The notes beneath the pieces are model-generated. The model was not told the origin of the DNA. It did no database searches and saw nothing but the letters and a program-made list of their open reading frames with translations. A stretch of DNA of 64,000 nt from Candidatus Marinacidobacterium sp. (GTDB taxonomy: Bacteria; Acidobacteriota; Vicinamibacteria; Marinacidobacterales; Marinacidobacteraceae): positions 2,528,001 through 2,592,000 of the forward strand of contig OZ242011.1 in assembly GCA_965204755.1 (NCBI GenBank), read 5' to 3'. Position numbers and translations under genes: made by a program. Below are positions 1-10,294 of this stretch, piece after piece; position 1 is the stretch's first letter, and each line of letters opens with the position of its first letter.

Positions 1-41
1 CGCCTCCTGCGGCGCCCCGCCCGCCAGCCCACCAACTCCCG

Positions 42-1421
42 ATGACCCGCGACCGCGCCGCGTCCGGCCGCTACCGGCGGGTGCGGGCGCTCTGGCCCGA
101 CCACCTCGGTCTCGCCCGCGGGAAGATCCTCGACGCCGGCGTCCTCGACAGCGCCGAACCGGCCACCGGGCACGCCCTCGCCCTGTTCTCGCTCGGCCTC
201 CACCGGGAGATGACCCCCTACGAAGGCTCCGGAGTCCTCGAAGGGCTGCCGGACATGCGCGCCGTCTTCGACCCGGCCGCTGTCCGCCCCGGCTGGCCCC
301 CGGCGCGAGACACCGGAGTCGTCGTCGCCGACCTCGAATCCGGCGGCGCGCCGCTCGCCCGCTCGCCGCGCCAGGTCCTCAAGAACGCCGTCGCCCGCTT
401 CACCGCCGACGACCTGCGCCCGGTGGTCGGGATCGAACTCGAGGCGTTCCTCCTCCGCCCGGTCCCCGCCCCGGACGAACCGGCGGCCCCGCCGGGCCCC
501 GCCTACCTCCCGCTCTCCACTCCCGGCCACCAGGTGTACGGCGCCGGCCCGCTGGCCGACCCCGCCGGGGTGCTCGACCGGGTGCTGGAGGCCGCGGACG
601 CCGCCGGGATCGTCGTCGAGTCGTTCCACGGCGAGTACGACAACGGCCAGTTCGAATTGACGCTCCGGAAGAAGGACGCGCTCGCCGCCGCCGACGAGGC
701 CTTCCTCCTCCGCCTGCTGGCGCGGGAAGTGGCCGCCTCCGCCGGCTTCCACCTGACCTTCCTGGGCAAGCCCTTCACCGACCGGGGCGGTTCCGGCCTC
801 CATGTGAACCTCAGTCTGGAAGCCCCGGAGGCCTCCGGCGCCGGGCCCGGGCCGCTCCCGGCGCGCCGGAACCGGTTCGACGACCCGCAGGGGCCGGGCG
901 GGCTGTCGGAGACGGCCTGGCTCGCCGTCGCCGGGCTCCTCCGCCACCACCGGGCGCTGGCCGCCGTCCTCGCGCCCACGGTGAACGCCTACCGCCGGCT
1001 CCGCCCGGCCCAGATGAGCGGCTACTACGCGAACTGGGGCCACGACCACCGGGGCTGCGCCGTCCGCATCCCCCCGGAGCGCGGCGCCGGGGCCCGGCTG
1101 GAACACCGGCTCGCCGACGGCGCCTGCGGCCCCCACATCGCGGTCGCCGCGGTCCTGGCCGCCGCCCGGCTGGGGATCGAGCGCGGCGAGGCGCCGCCCT
1201 CCGAGGAAACGGCCGACTGTCTGGCCACTCTTTCCCGGGCCGAGCCGGCGGCGGAAGACCTGGGCGCGGCGCTGCGGGACCTCGAAGCCGACCGGGAACT
1301 GTCCGCCGCGCTCGGCGAGGACTTCGTCCGGATGCACTGCGCGGTGAAGCGGGACGAGTGGGCGCGCTACCGGGCGCACACCTCGGACTGGGAACTCCGC
1401 GAGTACCTGCCGAACTTGTGA
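42..1421 (+). CDS. Glutamine synthetase family protein (GlnA-like / gamma-glutamyl-amine ligase type)
   Basis: Motifs GIELEAFL, HGEYDNGQFE, GKPF..GGSGLHVNLSL, PTVNAYRRL, WGHDHR..AVRIP, RLEHRLADG, C-terminal SDWELREY. Confidence 0.9.
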   Translation: MTRDRAASGRYRRVRALWPDHLGLARGKILDAGVLDSAEPATGHALALFSLGLHREMTPYEGSGVLEGLPDMRAVFDPAAVRPGWPPARDTGVVVADLESGGAPLARSPRQVLKNAVARFTADDLRPVVGIELEAFLLRPVPAPDEPAAPPGPAYLPLSTPGHQVYGAGPLADPAGVLDRVLEAADAAGIVVESFHGEYDNGQFELTLRKKDALAAADEAFLLRLLAREVAASAGFHLTFLGKPFTDRGGSGLHVNLSLEAPEASGAGPGPLPARRNRFDDPQGPGGLSETAWLAVAGLLRHHRALAAVLAPTVNAYRRLRPAQMSGYYANWGHDHRGCAVRIPPERGAGARLEHRLADGACGPHIAVAAVLAAARLGIERGEAPPSEETADCLATLSRAEPAAEDLGAALRDLEADRELSAALGEDFVRMHCAVKRDEWARYRAHTSDWELREYLPNL

Positions 1422-1716
1422 CCTCCGCCCCGCCTTCCCGTCGAACGCCAGCCCGTCGAACCCCGGCGCGACTCGCCCTCCTCGAACCCCGCGCCGCGCC
1501 CGCGCCGGCCTCCCGCTCCTCCGCCGGTTCCCCCGGCACCGGGCGGCCCCTCCCGGCGGCGGGACTCCGGGCGCGGCCCGGCAGGCCCGGCCGGCCCGGC
1601 AGCCCCAGGACGCCGCAGGGCGCGCGACCGGCCCGCCGGCCCGCCGCCCGCCGGGAAGTCCCGGAGGGGGCCTCGAAGTGCAATAATCGAACGCATGGCC
1701 TCGGCGGCGCCGTTCG

Positions 1717-1743
1717 CCCCCCCCCCCCCCCCCCCCCCCCCCC
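1717..1743. repeat. Poly-C homopolymer (27 C)
   Basis: Directly visible run about 190 bp upstream of the lipoprotein start. Confidence 0.9.
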
Positions 1744-1934
1744 ATCCGGTTGCAGGCGCCGAGGCGCCGGGCGGATGCGGGCGTTTGGGGACTTTCGCCC
1801 GATTCCCTTATACTCCGACCGAATCCATGTCGCAGATTCGACGCGCCCTCGGCGCCCCTCGAACTCCGCGGGCGCCCGCCGTAAACCGGCGCCGGCGCCG
1901 TTTCTCGCTCTCCACCGAACGGGAGATTGGTGAA

Positions 1935-4676
1935 ATGATGCATCTCCAGAGGTGGTCGGCCCCCTTTCGCGGGTCGGCTGTCTTTCTCGCCCTGCTGTTG
2001 GGTGCGGTCGTGTTGTCGGGCTGCAGCGACGACACTTCCAGCACCACGCCGGCCCCGGCGCCCGCGCCGGCGCCCGCGCCGGCCCCGGACCCGACGCTCG
2101 ACGCGCCGGGCGGGTTGCGCGTCTCGGCCACCGGCTCGGACTTCATCGAGTTCAGTTGGAACGCCGTGGAAGGCGCGAGCAACTACGAGATCCAGTTGAG
2201 CCTGACGGCCGGCGATTTCGGCTCCGTAACCACCGCCACCGTCTCCGGGACGATGCACCGGTTCGCCGTGGATGCGTCCACGACCGCCCACGCCCGGGTC
2301 CGGGCGATGGCGTCCGGCGTCCGGAGCGACTGGAGCGACACCGTGTCCGGCACGACGATGGCCGCGCCGCTGATGCTCGCCGCGCCCATGCCCGAAGTCT
2401 CCGGGACCGGGCCGGACCACATCGAGTGGAGTTGGGACGCGGTCGAGAACGCGCTCGCCTACGAGGTCCAGGTCGCCGCGACCGAGGCCGGCCTTTCCTC
2501 CGCCGAGATGACGCGGGTCGCCCGAACCACGCACCGGGTCACCGCCGACCCGCTGCAGACCATGTACATCCGGGTGCGGGCCGCCGCCGGCACGACCTCC
2601 TCTCCTGTCGTGAGCGACTGGAGCGACGCCGTCGCCGGGCAGAGTCTGGCTGCGCCGGGCGTCTTCACGGTTCGGATGAATCCGCCGGCCGCCGCCTCGG
2701 ACTCGGACTGCAGCGGCCAGGCCTTCTGCCCGGACGAGGGTTCCGACCCGAAGACCGCCCAGGCGGCGGTGAACACCCGGATGGTGGTGACCTCTTCCCG
2801 GCCGGCGCGCATCACGCCGATGTTCCTGACCGGAACGCCGGGGGCGGGGATCGCCGCCGGCAACAGCACCCCGTTCACCTACTTGGTCTGGTCGGCGCTC
2901 CAGGCCGACATCGCCAGGGACGGCGTGACCTTTCGTTTCGACCGGGTGACCACGGGCGCCGGACAGGAGCCGACGCCTACCGGTGAAACGATGTTCATCA
3001 CCTGCGGGCCGTTCCGGTGTTCGGACGCGGCCGAAGAGACGCCGCCGGCGCCGCAGATCTCCATCGAGGACTCGGCCGCATGCAGCGGGTTCGAGGCGGA
3101 CTTCCAGGCGGATGTGGGAGCGGTGCGGAACACCGCCCTGAACCTGCCGATGGGTGTGGATCTGGGCTGGAATTACACGACGACCGGTTCGGCGAAAGTG
3201 ACCCATGTGTTCGCCGGCGCCGGGAACCTGAAGGTGGACGGCGGAACCGTGAGCCGCACCTCGGCGCGCCGGGCGCTGCCGGTGCAGCGGACCGCGACGA
3301 GCGGCCCCGCCTTCGGCGGCAGTCTGGATGAGGACTGGGACAGCGTCGGCGCCGGAAACTTCGGCGTCGAGAATCTCACGGTGACCACCGGCGGTCCGGT
3401 CCGTAACGGCGAGGACGACTGCTTCTTCGCCACCGCCGCGGCTCTGGGCGAGCACGACGCCGTCGGCTGGAGGGCGGATGCCTATGTGACGGACTGGGGC
3501 AGTTACGCGACTTTCGGCGACCCGCGAACCAGTTCCGCCCTGCGCCGTCCCGAGTCCTGCATGCGGGTCATCGCCGACGACACTTCGGTTTGTGACAGCG
3601 CCTCCGGCAGCGGCTGCGAGGGCGCCACCCGCGGGAACTACCTCGCTGGGTATTCGCTCGAGATCCAGCCGGAGGCCAGCGTAACCTGGGCCGGCAGCCG
3701 CGTGAAATGGCCCAGCGGTCAGGATCCGTTCGAGGACTTCGACTGCGCCGGCGTGACCGTCGAGGCTTCCGACCAGGTGGATATCTGCGAGTTGTTCGAA
3801 GAGGAAGTGGACCGCTATTGGGGCCGGGGCCGCATCGCCGATCTCGGCCGCGCCGCGGATTGGGGCGAGGGAAGTTCCGAGTTCCGCGTGCGAGCGATCC
3901 TGCTGGAGGATTACGGCGCATACAGGAACTTGGTGGCGCTCCAGGTGGCGCGGAACCTGCCGCCGGTCGCTGCGAACGAGCGCCCGTCGCCGCCCACCGA
4001 TTCCCAGTACCTGTACCGCCCCGCCGGCAGCCGCTTCCTCAGCCTGTGGCTCTCGGAGCCGGGTCGGCCGCCCCAGCGGAAGGCGGGGGATCCCGCCAGT
4101 TTTGCGCGCCCTGCCGGCATCGATGACACCCAACAGGATCGTGACATCTATTACCCGGGGAAACTTCACGCCTACCAGCAGTGGCTGACCGTGGAGCCCT
4201 TCGGGTTCTTCGACCGCTCGAGCGGCAACCGGGCGACTGCCCGGTACGACATCGGTCGGCACGGGGACCACCTCCTGACCGAGGGTCCGGTCGCGCAGCG
4301 CGGGCTCGTCACCTTGGCTGTCCTGAACGCGGACGGCAACCCGATCCACGGCGACTTCGGCAAAGTGGACCTCAACGGGGACGGCGAGGCCGACAACTCG
4401 CACCGGGCGGCCTACCGCGAGTGCTCCGGCAGCGATGGCGGCGTCGCCGGTTCGGGGGGCGCGGGCGGCAGCCTCTGCGACGCGGAGGATGTCGAGTTGG
4501 AGGGCGAGGTCACCTTCGTAATGAACAAGGACTCGCAGACCTGTCCGGTCACTCGCGAGGTCGCCCTCACTTGCAACTGGGACGCCGATGGTGACCGACG
4601 GCGCTACATGCGGGAAGTCGCGGAACTCGACCATCCGGACGAAGTTCGCTACTTCCTGTCCTGCGAGGCGAGTTGA
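1935..4676 (+). CDS. Surface lipoprotein, paralog 1: two fibronectin type III domains plus a Cys-rich C-terminal region
   Basis: ATG 1935 follows GGGAG; lipobox VLSGC; PA linker; FN3-like repeats (IEFSWNAVEGASNYEIQ...ARVRA...SDWS); conserved CSGQAFCPD, ITCGPFRCS, GDFGKVD, CNWDADGD and CEAS. The track start at 1695 is judged too long. Confidence 0.85.
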   Translation: MMHLQRWSAPFRGSAVFLALLLGAVVLSGCSDDTSSTTPAPAPAPAPAPAPDPTLDAPGGLRVSATGSDFIEFSWNAVEGASNYEIQLSLTAGDFGSVTTATVSGTMHRFAVDASTTAHARVRAMASGVRSDWSDTVSGTTMAAPLMLAAPMPEVSGTGPDHIEWSWDAVENALAYEVQVAATEAGLSSAEMTRVARTTHRVTADPLQTMYIRVRAAAGTTSSPVVSDWSDAVAGQSLAAPGVFTVRMNPPAAASDSDCSGQAFCPDEGSDPKTAQAAVNTRMVVTSSRPARITPMFLTGTPGAGIAAGNSTPFTYLVWSALQADIARDGVTFRFDRVTTGAGQEPTPTGETMFITCGPFRCSDAAEETPPAPQISIEDSAACSGFEADFQADVGAVRNTALNLPMGVDLGWNYTTTGSAKVTHVFAGAGNLKVDGGTVSRTSARRALPVQRTATSGPAFGGSLDEDWDSVGAGNFGVENLTVTTGGPVRNGEDDCFFATAAALGEHDAVGWRADAYVTDWGSYATFGDPRTSSALRRPESCMRVIADDTSVCDSASGSGCEGATRGNYLAGYSLEIQPEASVTWAGSRVKWPSGQDPFEDFDCAGVTVEASDQVDICELFEEEVDRYWGRGRIADLGRAADWGEGSSEFRVRAILLEDYGAYRNLVALQVARNLPPVAANERPSPPTDSQYLYRPAGSRFLSLWLSEPGRPPQRKAGDPASFARPAGIDDTQQDRDIYYPGKLHAYQQWLTVEPFGFFDRSSGNRATARYDIGRHGDHLLTEGPVAQRGLVTLAVLNADGNPIHGDFGKVDLNGDGEADNSHRAAYRECSGSDGGVAGSGGAGGSLCDAEDVELEGEVTFVMNKDSQTCPVTREVALTCNWDADGDRRRYMREVAELDHPDEVRYFLSCEAS

Positions 4677-4740
4677 GGTCGGCGCCTTGCCTTTCCTCCC
4701 GTAACGCGGGTTAGTCGGCGCCGGCGGGCGTCGGCGGCGC

Positions 4741-4772
4741 AGCCCCGGGACCGAGGGGTCCCGGGGCTTTTT
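4741..4772 (+). terminator. Intrinsic terminator
   Basis: AGCCCCGGGACC-loop-GGTCCCGGGGCT followed by a T tract, downstream of lipoprotein 1. Confidence 0.85.
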
Positions 4773-5583
4773 GCGCGTACGCCGGGCTGGCTCGGCCACC
4801 TCAGAGGTTTCAGGCGCCGGAGGGCGGGCGACCGCGTGGCGTCCCGGCTCGCGCCGGCAGCCTCCCCCGCGAAATTCCTCACCGGCGCCGCCCGGCGGTC
4901 GCGAGCCCACCGACCTCGCGCGTCCGGCGGCAACGGTGGATTCGATCCTCGACAGCCCGTGGAGAAGTCCCGGGAGAGCGCCCGTCAACGCAGAGCGCCG
5001 TACGGAGTCGCTTCCGACCTCGGCCGGCCGCCGGCCTCGAGCCATGACCGACCGACGCGCGCGCCCCGGTCCCGGCCGTCGGTTCAGCGGGCCGGGCAGG
5101 TCCGAGAGGGCGCCGAAGCGGACCCCTCCGTTCCCTCCCCGTCGGCGCCGCGCGGCGCCCGATGCCCTTTCGGCCGGTCCGCCGACGCGCGGTAGCGCCG
5201 AGCCCGGGACGGCCTCGGAAGGTGCGGTGGGAGGAGCCCGAGCGGACGAAGCGGGAATGCCGAGGTCGAGCCCGCGGCGGGCTCCGCTCCGCCCCGGGGA
5301 TGGAGTGACCGTCTGCCGAGGTGGTCCGACCGGCGCGGGCTTCGCTCGGCCCGGTCGCCCGTCCGTAGCGGCCTGGCCGGGAGGCCGGCGCCGAGGCGCG
5401 TCTCTCCCGCTTCTCGTCCCCGCACGCCCGGAGGTTCTCGTCCGGTGGCCACCAGCCCGGCACCCCGGAGGGCCGGCCCCGCAACCGCGGTTTCCGGATT
5501 CTCTGCCCGCCGCGTTACCCGGCGGGGCGAAGATAGGGACCGGGGTCTTCGGTTCCGCGCTCTGCTCGGGAGGCCGAGAGGGA

Positions 5584-5671
5584 GCCGATCCCCGCTCCGG
5601 GGAGGGGCCCCGCTGCGGCTTGCCTGATCCGGTTCGCCGCGCTGGCCGATCCCCGCTCCGGGGGAGGGCCC
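5584..5671. repeat. Two near-identical 27-bp hairpin-containing direct repeats (REP-like)
   Basis: GCCGATCCCCGCTCCGGGG(G)AGGG(G)CCC at 5584-5610 and 5645-5671. Confidence 0.6.
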
Positions 5672-5997
5672 TCCGCCGCGGCCCTCGCCTCCTGAGCCCA
5701 ACGGCCCCCGTCCGGCGCGCGGCTTCGGCCTCCGGCCGCTCGGCGCCGCCCCCGGCGGCCTTCCCCGCCGACAGGAACCCGGTTGCCCGGCTGCCATCGG
5801 TTCGTCGGCCGGCCCCGGCCCCCACCTTCCGGGCGGCCGACCGCTGACGGCGTCTCGGTTGACTTCGGATTCCCGCGTGTGATTCACTTCGCAGCCTTGT
5901 GCGCGCTGCGCGGGTTGCGCGGGCGGGAAGGCTTGCCCGGTGTCTCCGGTTCTGCCTATACTCCGCCCCCGCCGGCCCCGCGCAGGGCTGCGCCGGG

Positions 5998-6026
5998 TTG
6001 ACACTTGCCGGAAACCGGTAGAAAAT
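5998..6026 (+). promoter_or_regulatory. Putative sigma70 promoter of lipoprotein 2
   Basis: TTGACA (5998-6003), 17-bp spacer, GAAAAT; RBS AGGAGG at 6081-6086. Confidence 0.55.
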
Positions 6027-6094
6027 CCCGCAGACGGCGCCCGCCGAAGACGGCCGGGGCTCCGTTCTTCACCGTCCTACAGGAGGTAGGCGAC

Positions 6095-8827
6095 ATGATG
6101 CAGATCACAAGGAAGTCGAGTCCGCTGCGCGGGCTGACTGTCCTTCTCGCCCTGATGCTGGGCGCCGGCCTCGTGCTGTCCGGGTGCGGTGACGACGACT
6201 CCACCACTACGACTCCGGCGCCGGCGCCGGCTCCTCCGGCGCCGCCGGCCCAGCCGGATCCGGTCAGCGTTCCCGGCGGTCTCACGGTCTCCGCCACCGG
6301 CGAGGACTTCATCGAGTTCAGTTGGGAAGCGGTCGAAGGCGCCTCCGGCTACGACATCCAGATGAGCATGACCGAGGGCGACTTCAGTTCGTCCATGATG
6401 GCCACCGTCACCGCGACGATGCACCGGTTCACGGTCTCGCCGTCCACGACGGCGTACGCGCGGGTGCGGGCCAACATGGACGGTCGCGAGAGTGACTGGA
6501 GCGGCGCGGTGATGGGGATGAGCATGGCCGCTTCGCTCACCCTCGGCACGCCGATGCCGGAGGTTTCCAGCACCGGCCCGGACCACATCGAGTGGACTTG
6601 GGATGCGGTTGCGGACGCCGCCGCCTACCAGGTTCGGGTCGCCGCCAGCGCGGACGGACTGGACATGGCGACCGCCGAGATCACCACCGCCACCAGTTAC
6701 CGGGTCACCGCCGCGGCGGAGACCACGATGTACATCAGCGTTCGCGCCGCGGCCGGGACGCCTACCTCCCCGGTCGTCGGCGACTGGAGCGATGCGGTGG
6801 CGGGGACGAGCGATGTGGCGCCCCTGCCGTTCGTGGTCAGCATGACTCCGCCCGAAGCGGGAGCGGACAAGGATTGCAGCGGCCAGGCCTTCTGCCCGGA
6901 TGACGGGACGGATCCGGAGAAGGCCCGAGCCTCCGTGAACACCAAGATGATGGTCGTGTCCTCGCACACTGCCCAAGTGTCGCCGGTGTTCCTCGAAGAC
7001 GCCGGCGCGGTCGCCTTGAGCGACGGCGAGAACACGCCGTTCGCCAATGTGAACTGGAGCGCCCTGCAGTCGGTGGTTGCTAACGAGGGCGTGACCTTCA
7101 TGTTCCAGCGCGTCGCCGCCGCCGCCGGGCAGGAACCGGCCGCGATGGGAGACGCGATGTACATCACCTGCGGCCCCTTCCGTTGCTCCGAGGCGATGGA
7201 TGAGGCCCCGTCCGCTCCGGAGATTTCCATCTCGGACTCCGCCGCCTGCAACGAGTTCGAATTGGATCTGAAACTGGACATCGGCCTCGGCTACAACGGA
7301 CGCAACGCCGACGATACGGCAGACGCCGCAGGCGCCTTGTACGATCGGAATGTCGGCATAGATGCGGGCTGGGTGTACACCTCGTCGGCCACCGCGACCG
7401 TCGTTCACGAGTTCGAAGGTGTCCCCGGTCCCACCGGAGGGAACCTGAAGGTCAAGGGGGCGGACATCAGCAAGACTTCCAGGCCGACGGCGCTCGTCAT
7501 GGCCCGAGGAACCGGGGACAAGAAAAAGGCGGTCAACTACTTCGGTGGAGCGAGCCAGGGGACCGAGTTGACCTCGACAGAGGCCGGGCCGGTCTGGAAC
7601 GGTATGGACGGCGGTGACTGTCTCGGGACAAATATCGCCACGTCCAACACTACTTCCTCGTATGGCTACAACAACATCGGCGGAACCGCCGGTGAGCGCC
7701 GCACCCTGCAGCGCCCGCAGGAGTGTTTCCGGATCATCACCGGCGGTCGCGACACCCCTGGCGCCGCCACGACGATTCGTCGGAACTACCTTCCCGGATA
7801 CAAGATCCATGTGTCTCCCAACGCCAGCGTGACCTGGGCCGGGAGCGCGGTCGCCTGGGAGAAGGGAACGGATCCCTTCGACGGCTACGACTGCGAACCG
7901 CACACCATTTCCGCAGCCGAAGAAGTGGACGACCAGTTGGGTTCCCTCTGCGAGAGTTACCAGGAACAGGTGCGTGGCTGGTGGGGCAACGGGCTCGCCA
8001 AGAGCAATGGATCGTTCACCTTCGAGTATGTGGTGACCAGCGCCTACGCCGCCGACGGCACTCGGACGGTGGATGCCCCGACTTTCCCTGTCGACAGTCG
8101 GACTGCCGCGACCGAGGTGGGTGCCGGCAAGAAGTTCGTCCGGATCAATGTCGTTGCGAAGTCGCCTACTTGGAATGAAGACTTCGCCACCACCGCCGCG
8201 GGAGACGAGACGGAAGTCCACAAGGCCAAGGACAGCAGGTGGACGAGCCTCTGGCTCGTGGACTCCACGGCAGTGGATGCCGGTGATACCCCCAGGTCGC
8301 GCGACGGCACGGCTCCGGACGCCGACATGTACCGCGTGCTCACCGGCGACGGCAGTCTGCGGGGCGCCTATGTCGGCGCCTATCCGACCTCCGGGGATGA
8401 CGACCGGTCCATCCGCTCCCACAGCGGCACCATCGTCGCCCCGCGGGCGGTGTTCACGGTGGATCTGCTGGACGACGACGGCGACCCGATGTACGGCGAC
8501 TTCGGCAAGGTGGACTTCCAGCACCTCGCACGCAGCACGAACGAGGAGAGGGGCAAGGCTGACAACTACCCGTCCACGAACCCGGATGCCTATGCGTGCT
8601 CCGACGACGACGGCACGCGGTGCGATTCCGAGCAGGAGTTCGAGGGGACCATCACCTTCACCCTGTATCCCGACACGAACGACTGCACCGAAGAGATCGA
8701 TGTCGCGTTCACCTGCACCTGGGACGCCGACGGTGACGAGGATCGCACCGGCGACGCCAGCGGCGCTACCGCGGGAACCTTCGGCATGACGAATATCGGT
8801 AACTTCGTCAAGTGCGAGGCCAGTTGA
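6095..8827 (+). CDS. Surface lipoprotein, paralog 2: two FN3 domains plus a Cys-rich C-terminal region
   Basis: AGGAGG RBS; lipobox VLSGC; colinear with 1935-4676 including CSGQAFCPD, ITCGPFRCS, GDFGKVD, CTWDADGD and CEAS. Confidence 0.88.
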   Translation: MMQITRKSSPLRGLTVLLALMLGAGLVLSGCGDDDSTTTTPAPAPAPPAPPAQPDPVSVPGGLTVSATGEDFIEFSWEAVEGASGYDIQMSMTEGDFSSSMMATVTATMHRFTVSPSTTAYARVRANMDGRESDWSGAVMGMSMAASLTLGTPMPEVSSTGPDHIEWTWDAVADAAAYQVRVAASADGLDMATAEITTATSYRVTAAAETTMYISVRAAAGTPTSPVVGDWSDAVAGTSDVAPLPFVVSMTPPEAGADKDCSGQAFCPDDGTDPEKARASVNTKMMVVSSHTAQVSPVFLEDAGAVALSDGENTPFANVNWSALQSVVANEGVTFMFQRVAAAAGQEPAAMGDAMYITCGPFRCSEAMDEAPSAPEISISDSAACNEFELDLKLDIGLGYNGRNADDTADAAGALYDRNVGIDAGWVYTSSATATVVHEFEGVPGPTGGNLKVKGADISKTSRPTALVMARGTGDKKKAVNYFGGASQGTELTSTEAGPVWNGMDGGDCLGTNIATSNTTSSYGYNNIGGTAGERRTLQRPQECFRIITGGRDTPGAATTIRRNYLPGYKIHVSPNASVTWAGSAVAWEKGTDPFDGYDCEPHTISAAEEVDDQLGSLCESYQEQVRGWWGNGLAKSNGSFTFEYVVTSAYAADGTRTVDAPTFPVDSRTAATEVGAGKKFVRINVVAKSPTWNEDFATTAAGDETEVHKAKDSRWTSLWLVDSTAVDAGDTPRSRDGTAPDADMYRVLTGDGSLRGAYVGAYPTSGDDDRSIRSHSGTIVAPRAVFTVDLLDDDGDPMYGDFGKVDFQHLARSTNEERGKADNYPSTNPDAYACSDDDGTRCDSEQEFEGTITFTLYPDTNDCTEEIDVAFTCTWDADGDEDRTGDASGATAGTFGMTNIGNFVKCEAS

Positions 8828-8893
8828 TCGAAGACCGACCTTCCGGGATGGCCTGAGGCGGGCTGACCGCCCACAGAGCCCTCCCACCCGAGT

Positions 8894-8921
8894 CCCGGGG
8901 CCTCAGGGCCCCGGGGCTTTT
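8894..8921 (+). terminator. Intrinsic terminator
   Basis: CCCGGGGCC-loop-GGCCCCGGG followed by GCTTTT; similar to the 4741 terminator. Confidence 0.75.
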
Positions 8922-9284
8922 CCCTTGTACGCGGAGACTCGCAGGGCGGGCGCCTCCGCATCGAGCGGCGTCTCGGTCGCACGCCCGATCCCTCGAGTCG
9001 CGCCGACCGCTCGCCCGTCCGCTCCCGTCCCTCATCCACCGGGACGGCGCGGCCCCTTCAACGCGGCGCGCTCCCGTTCGACGGCCGGAGCCCTCCTCCC
9101 CCTCCGCCATGCGCCTCCCGCGCCCGCGGGCGTCGGCCTCGGCCGGGAGCCCGTTCGCAGACCTCGCCCGGCCGACCGACCGCCGCCACTCCCCAGGGCG
9201 GGTCGTTTTCGAGGCCGGTTGACGCGGGGTCCGGCGCGATACGCTGAGAGGCGCTGTCGAGGCGCTGAGCCACACAGGAGAGGA

Positions 9285-9683
9285 GTGAGGTCGTCAGCCA
9301 CCCGGCGAACCGCCGCCGCACTCGAAGTCCCCATCCGGCGAGGGAAGCGCTGTCAGTCTGCGTTCATCGACAATGGCGCAGTCCAAGTTCGTTCCGACGG
9401 GCTGGGAGCGACGCTCAGTTTGACTCTGCTGCGCCGCGACCATGAATGGACCGGACTTCACCGATCCCATAAACCGGGGCCCGGTGCGGCCGTGGACCTC
9501 TACCAACTTCGGGGCCAAGATCGTGTGACCGAAGAGTTCGAGGCGCTCCTCGAACCACACGCCGCCTATCGGATCATGACCCGGATCCGTGACGCCCTCC
9601 GTACTCTTCCCGCGGAACAGCGCGCTCGCTACGCGTTGCCCGACGAGACGGATGCCCCCGACCCCTCCGACGACGATGTCTGA
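9285..9683 (+). CDS. Hypothetical protein, gene 1 of a three-gene cassette (possible chaperone/DUF3467-like)
   Basis: GTG 9285 after AGGAGAGGA; its stop overlaps the next ATG; beta-rich SAFIDNGAVQV..LSLTLLR core and acidic tail. Confidence 0.55.
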   Translation: MRSSATRRTAAALEVPIRRGKRCQSAFIDNGAVQVRSDGLGATLSLTLLRRDHEWTGLHRSHKPGPGAAVDLYQLRGQDRVTEEFEALLEPHAAYRIMTRIRDALRTLPAEQRARYALPDETDAPDPSDDDV

Positions 9684-10278
9684 CATCCGGATCTCCCTGA
9701 ACATGGCGCCGCCACCCGTGGCGTTGCCGTCCCGAGGGAATGTCAGCCGCCTGACCAACTCCCTTCGATGGAATCCCCATCCGATCGAATCGCTTTGCGT
9801 CGTGAGTCCGCAGTACGAGTCGCCGGACCTGATCGGCAGAGCAGTGATCGGTCTCCGGCCCGACGCGCCGGTTCAGGGAGGCTCGGCCGGGCCAGTCGTC
9901 GCCCGGGAAGAATCCCGCGCCGCTTGGGACGAGTCGTTCTCCGACCTGGACGAGATCGCTCGCGGAGTCGAACTGGACGGGCCCGTACCATCGAAACCAT
10001 CGCTGGGAACGGCGAAACAGTTTCTCTCCCTGTTCGCCGCTCGCGGACTGAGAGCGCCGGTCGTGGGCGAGGTGACCGGCCGGGGCGTGTCCATCGAATT
10101 CCCCGGAACGGGGGCGAGAACCCGACTCACCTTCGTAATCGAAGGCGACGGGTCCATCACCTACCACGAACTCATCGAAGGGCGCCGATGGCGCGGGCGG
10201 TTTCCGGACCTTTCGTCCCTGTTGCCGGTCGTCTGGCCCTCTTCCTTCCACCGCTCCCGGCTTCTTCCTCCTGCTTGA
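9676..10278 (+). CDS. Hypothetical protein, gene 2 of the cassette (antitoxin-like)
   Basis: ATG overlaps the upstream gene end; pattern DLDEI...DGPVPS...TAKQFL...P.V....RGVSIEF...LTFVIEGDGSITYH. Confidence 0.6.
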   Translation: MSDIRISLNMAPPPVALPSRGNVSRLTNSLRWNPHPIESLCVVSPQYESPDLIGRAVIGLRPDAPVQGGSAGPVVAREESRAAWDESFSDLDEIARGVELDGPVPSKPSLGTAKQFLSLFAARGLRAPVVGEVTGRGVSIEFPGTGARTRLTFVIEGDGSITYHELIEGRRWRGRFPDLSSLLPVVWPSSFHRSRLLPPA

Positions 10279-10294
10279 CCGGGGCCCCGCCACA

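Noticed and set aside
1695-1934. Poly-proline N-terminal extension of lipoprotein 1
   Set aside because: Signal peptide, RBS and paralog comparison place the start at 1935
5190-5500. Cobalamin riboswitch
   Set aside because: Only a GGGAATGC-like fragment; B12-box and other conserved elements are not recognisable
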